Position numbers and translations under genes: made by a program. A stretch of 64,000 nucleotides of DNA from Squalus acanthias (Eukaryota), in assembly GCA_030390025.1 (NCBI GenBank), contig JASTWF010000354.1:186001-250000 (forward strand), read 5' to 3'. Below are positions 63,205-64,000 of this stretch, piece by piece (position 1 is the stretch's first letter; the number at the start of each line of letters is the position of its first letter). Under the pieces are notes generated by a model that was not told the DNA's origin, did no database searches, and worked only from the letters and a program-made list of their open reading frames with translations.

Positions 63205-63335
63205 AAAAAAAAATGCAGGGCTTTGAAGAAAGAGCGGGGGAGTGGGATTAACTGAATTACTCTTCGGAAGAGCCAGCGCAGACTCATTGGGCCAAATGGC
63301 CTCCTTCTGTGCTGTACTATTCTACGATTTTATGA
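63205..63335 (+). mobile_element. CR1 3'-terminal fragment
   Basis: gggccaaatggcctccttctgtgctgtactattctacgatt; similar short tails at 28965-29240, 29985-30102 and 46640-46725. Confidence 0.75.
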
Positions 63336-63498
63336 GTGTGGAGGATAGTTACAGAATACAAGTGATGTGGGTGAAATCAATCCCAGTCACTGACAGCATG
63401 ATTGGCGGGGGAATTACCCAATCATCTCCATTCTGGCTGGGAATAGCCGTGTTGCTCTCTGCAGCCGTGTTTAAATCCCTTCACGGCGTCTCCAGCTC

Positions 63499-63643
63499 GC
63501 TCTCTATCTCTCTCTCTCCCCTCTATCTCTCTATTTATGTCTCTCCCCTCCTCTATCTCTCTATCTATCTCTCTCTCTATCTATCTCTCTCTCTCTCTAT
63601 CTATCTCTCTCTCTATCTATCTATCTCTCTCTCTCTCTATCTA

Positions 63644-63678
<35 letters not shown>

Positions 63679-63764
63679 ATCTATCTCTCTATCTATCTAT
63701 CTCTCTCTCTCTCTATCTATCTCTCTCTCTCTATCTCTCTCTCTCTCTATCTCTCTCTCATCTC

Positions 63765-63815
<51 letters not shown>

Positions 63816-64000
63816 ATCTATCTCTCTATCTCTCTATCTCTCTATCTCTCTATCTCTCTATCTCTCTATCTCTCTATCTCTCTATCTCTCTATCTCTCTA
63901 TCTCTCTATCTCTCTATCTCTCTATCTCTCTATCTCTCTATCTCTCTATCTCTCTATCTCTCTATCTCTCTATCTATCTATCTCTCTATCTCTCTATCTA
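63499..64000. repeat. Compound (CT)n/(CTAT)n/(CTCTCTAT)n microsatellite running off the window
   Basis: Direct reading. Confidence 0.97.

Overview
Repeat-dense eukaryotic DNA, most likely intronic or intergenic sequence from an elasmobranch (shark). This is inferred from HE1-like V-SINEs, SacSINE1/DeuSINE-like SINEs and HER1-like CR1 LINEs. No host gene can be identified; nearly all long ORFs are retroelement coding sequence or stop-free readings of tandem repeats. Contents: (i) two families of Penelope-like elements (RT + GIY-YIG, with a Neptune-type Cys-rich linker), including a young copy with ~640-bp inverted pseudo-LTRs and a 12-bp-TSD-flanked UTR-only copy; (ii) five predicted minimal type I hammerhead ribozymes in their 3' UTRs, with invariant cores, all four bases at the free position 7, and an extra A after A9; (iii) one near full-length CR1 (Zn-finger/esterase ORF1 + APE-RT ORF2) and many nested or 5'-inverted CR1 fragments; (iv) L2-like 3' ends and three tRNA-derived SINE families; (v) more than 15 tandem arrays, many grown from retroelement sequence. 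These include a 5.3-kb 16-bp satellite with higher-order structure and a 33-bp SINE-borne repeat expanded at seven loci, two of which share a rare-variant tract. Coordinates were read by eye and element boundaries are approximate; family names come from recalled consensus similarity, not database searches.
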